Assembly: GCA_001724265.1 (NCBI GenBank)
Contig: MEDY01000082.1
Location: 62,001-86,230 of the forward strand
Length of the DNA: 24,230 nucleotides
Reading direction: 5' to 3'
Source of the DNA: Rhizaria sp. SCN 62-66
Lineage: Eukaryota
Position numbers and translations under genes: made by a program. Below are positions 21,492 to 24,230 of this stretch, in pieces. The notes beneath the pieces were generated by a model. The model was not told the DNA's origin. It saw nothing but the letters and a program-made list of their open reading frames with translations, and ran no database searches. Positions within the stretch are counted from its first letter, which is position 1. Every line of letters begins with the position of its first letter.

Positions 21492-22054
21492 TGGGGGGGC
21501 GTGCTGAAGGGAGAGAGAGCAAGCGGGGGGGCGAAGATATGGCTCTCACTCACGCACGGCTGAGAACAACGGACGTGATACTACTAGAGAGTAGTATGAG
21601 CCAAGTGTTGTTGCTGTAGATGCGCGATTAAAAATAAAATGAATTAAAACATGTTGAAGTGCAATGAACTTGACTGCATAAGGATTGACGATCGTATTAT
21701 CGCGCACGAGATGTGTTTACTAAGTGGCTAAGGAGAGATGAGCTTGGGCCAAGATTCGTTCCGTCAGCACGAATGACGCGACAAAAACTGTGATATCTCC
21801 GCCGTCTGATCGTTCTTTGCTCTGCAACAACAAAATCCGAACTTAAAGGATTCTAAAATCTTCATTTTTATTTTTGACACTCTATTAACTTGTGTTAATG
21901 CTCTATATCTGGCTCTTCTCTAGACCCCGCACACCACACAGAGCGCGCTCTCGACCTCTTTAGCTCTCTCCCTCTCAAAGCGCACACTCTTCAGGCTCCC
22001 GCCTGCTCGCTTGCCCCCGCAGCAGCCTACTTGCTGTTTGCTCCTGTCCGCACC
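21492..22054. promoter_or_regulatory. 563-bp divergent intergenic region (DHHC and COG7), presumed bidirectional promoter
   Basis: ATG 21491 (-) and ATG 22055 (+), with an AT-rich core and CT-rich leaders on both sense strands. Confidence 0.55.
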
Positions 22055-24230
22055 ATGGACTCAACCTCAGTGCTTGCAAAGCCTCCGGTGGGCCCTGCTA
22101 CGACAGCAGCAGCGCTGACACTCTCAACCTCTTCTAACGCTGCTGCTGCGTCTTCTGCGTCTGCGTCATCGTCATCAGCGCTGGCGTTCGACGTGTCGTG
22201 CTTTGACGACGCGTCCTTTGACCCCGTTGACTGGATTAACGCCAACATCAGTGCGCGCCGCACCCAGACCACAAACACAGCCAACGCGAGTACGACCGCT
22301 GCCAGCGCCTCGGGCGGCGGCCCGCTCAGCCCACTGACGCCCGGTCCCGGTGCCGGCGCGCTGGCGCTGCCCTCGCCCGGGCTTGCGTCCCCGGGGCTGC
22401 TCGGCGACGCGGCGCGCGCCGACGCGGCGGCCACGCGCGACCTCATCTCGCGCCTCGCGCTGCGCCTGCGTTTGGCGGCCGACACCACGGGCCAGAGCAT
22501 CGACATCGGCACCGCCCGTCTCACCGCCGCGCTGCCCGCCGCCGCCGCCGCCGCGGACGCGCTCGCGGGGGACCTCGCGGGGCTACGCGACGGGCTGGGG
22601 CAGGTGCTCGCCGCTGCAAAGGCGCTCAACGCGGCTACTGAGGGGCCGATTAACGCCCTAGCGGGCCTCCAGACCCTGCGCGGCAATCTCCTCGCCTGCC
22701 AGGTGAGTAACTTGAACAAATCTAAAATTATTACCTCGACTGCGTATATAGCTGTTTATCGTGCTGATTTTTTGCTGCAGTCTTATTTCATTTATATCTC
22801 ATTTATCATTCGATATCCGCCTTGATTCTGCTGTTTTCTATGGACGACGCTCTCAGGACACGATGCAAGGCGCGCAGTCGTGGTCACGCGCCGTGGCCGC
22901 CGCCGAGGCCTCCCTCTCGTTCCCCACCGCGGCGGCCGCGGCCGCGCCCTCCCAGCAGCAACAGCAGCTGCTGCTCTCGCTTCAGGCCGCCGCGGCGCAG
23001 ACGGCCGCGCTGCGCGCGCGCGCGCCCGCGCTGCTGCACCTGCCCAACGCGCCCGCGCGCGCGCAGCAGCTGCTCGCGCTGCAGACCGCCGTGGCGCAGA
23101 CCGCCGCGCCCGCGCTCGCCGCCGCCGCCGCGGGGCTTTGGGCGCCGCGCGCGCAGACGCTTCCCGCGGACTCGGCCACAGACTCACACGCGCATGCGCA
23201 CGCGCAGTCGCACTATGACTCTGGCTCTAACCCCGCTGTGTCGTCGCCAGAGTGGGTCTCCGGCGCCGCTAAGGCCGCCGCGCTCGTGCGCGCCGTTGCC
23301 GCCGCGGGCGGGGCCGCCGCCGTGGCCGCAGCAGACGCCACCGCCGCCGCGGCTGCCGCCGCGCTGGCCGCCGCCGCCGTGGCCGCAGTCAACTCCTCCT
23401 CGTCCTCGAGCAATAACAGCGACGGCGGTGTGGCCGCTGCGGTGGCTGCGGCGCTGGCTGCGACCGCGGCGCCGCTCGCGGGCGACATGTGCATCTTTGC
23501 CGCGCGCGCCTTCGCCCCCAGCCACATCGACAAGGCCGAGGCTGACCGCAACCACAACAACAGTAGCGCCAACAACAGCTCTGGCTCTAGCTCTAGCTCT
23601 GCTGCCGGTGCGAACACTGGTGCAGGCAGCGTCGGCCTGGGCGTGCTCGCCGTGGCGGCTGAGGCCGCGACCGCCGCTCTGGTGCAAGCCCTCGCACTCA
23701 CTCTCACCCGTCGTGGCAGCAACACCAGCATCAACACGATCACCAGTCCAGCCGCTGGCAACGCTGGCGTCAGCGCGGGCGTGGTTGCGATCGTGCGTGT
23801 GGTGCTGCTGAAGTGGACCGCGATGCTCTTGGCAGCCGCGGCGCCCCTGCTGCCCCCTGCCTCGCCGGCGCAGTCGCAGTCAACCAGCATGAACAACAGC
23901 AGGGGCAGCAGCAGCGCCAACAGCGGTGTCCCCGCCTCCGAGACCGAGTCTGTGTGCGTCACCGACGCCGGCGCCAGCGTCGTCCGCTCGCTGTGCAGCG
24001 CCGTCGCCCGCGGCGTCGCGCGTGCGCACTCCTACACTGCGCACGCCGACGCCGACGCCAACGCCAACGCTATCGCTAACACTGGCGCTGGCGCGAGCTC
24101 TGGCGCGAATGCGGCTGTCGTTGCTGCGGTGGCGGCGGCAGTGGCGGCCCCCGGCGGCAGCACCCGCGCAGCCGTCGCCGCCGCAGCCGCCGCCGCCGTG
24201 GCCGCCATCAAGGCCGCCGCCACCGCAGCC
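22055..24230 (+). CDS. COG7: Conserved oligomeric Golgi complex subunit 7, 5' partial
   Basis: Exon 22055-22702, intron 22703-22856, then exon 22857 to >24230 (open to the edge, not in the ORF track). FDVSCFDDASFDPVDWINA...LALRLRLAAD...ALP...LQTLRGNLLACQ/DTMQGAQSWS...LLHLPNAPARAQQLLALQ parallels, from memory, the COG7 N-terminus (F..DDFDVKEWIN...LVMKLQL...MP...LQEADKWS...PDY...LEALK). Confidence 0.78.

Noticed and set aside
22822..23811. 329-aa Pro/Arg-rich ORF as COG7 exon 2
   Set aside because: Wrong frame; splicing 22702 to 22857 gives the COG7-like frame, open to the window end.
1..24230. Prokaryotic or viral systems (CRISPR, operons, phage polymerase) and introner elements
   Set aside because: The genes are spliced eukaryotic genes with no repeat-spacer array; the introns show no evident mutual similarity or terminal inverted repeats.

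Overview
Eukaryotic (protist-like) genomic DNA with very GC-rich exons and AT-rich GT-AG introns of 133-237 nt. Most listed ORFs are shadow frames of GC-rich exons. Left to right: (1) the 5' part of a decayed Tc1/mariner-type transposase running off the left edge (minus); (2) an apparently intronless, lower-GC locus (minus, ~729-4405) encoding a protein of seven degenerate helical repeats in A-B-C-A-B-C-A order, split by an in-frame TAG at a position that is Gln in sister repeats, with a frameshifted, stop-containing tail; (3) a 6-exon POP-type organellar family-A DNA polymerase (minus, ~1030 aa); (4) a divergent intergenic region holding a GC-rich, strongly self-complementary island; (5) a 6-exon cNMP-binding plus coiled-coil protein (plus, ~1782 aa); (6) a 5-exon DHHC-family (DHYC variant) palmitoyltransferase (minus, ~1151 aa); (7) the 5' part of COG7 (plus), head-to-head with the DHHC gene. 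13 of 15 inferred introns have C at donor position +4 (mostly GTACG). Gene models were built by hand and checked for frame continuity; no database searches were run.
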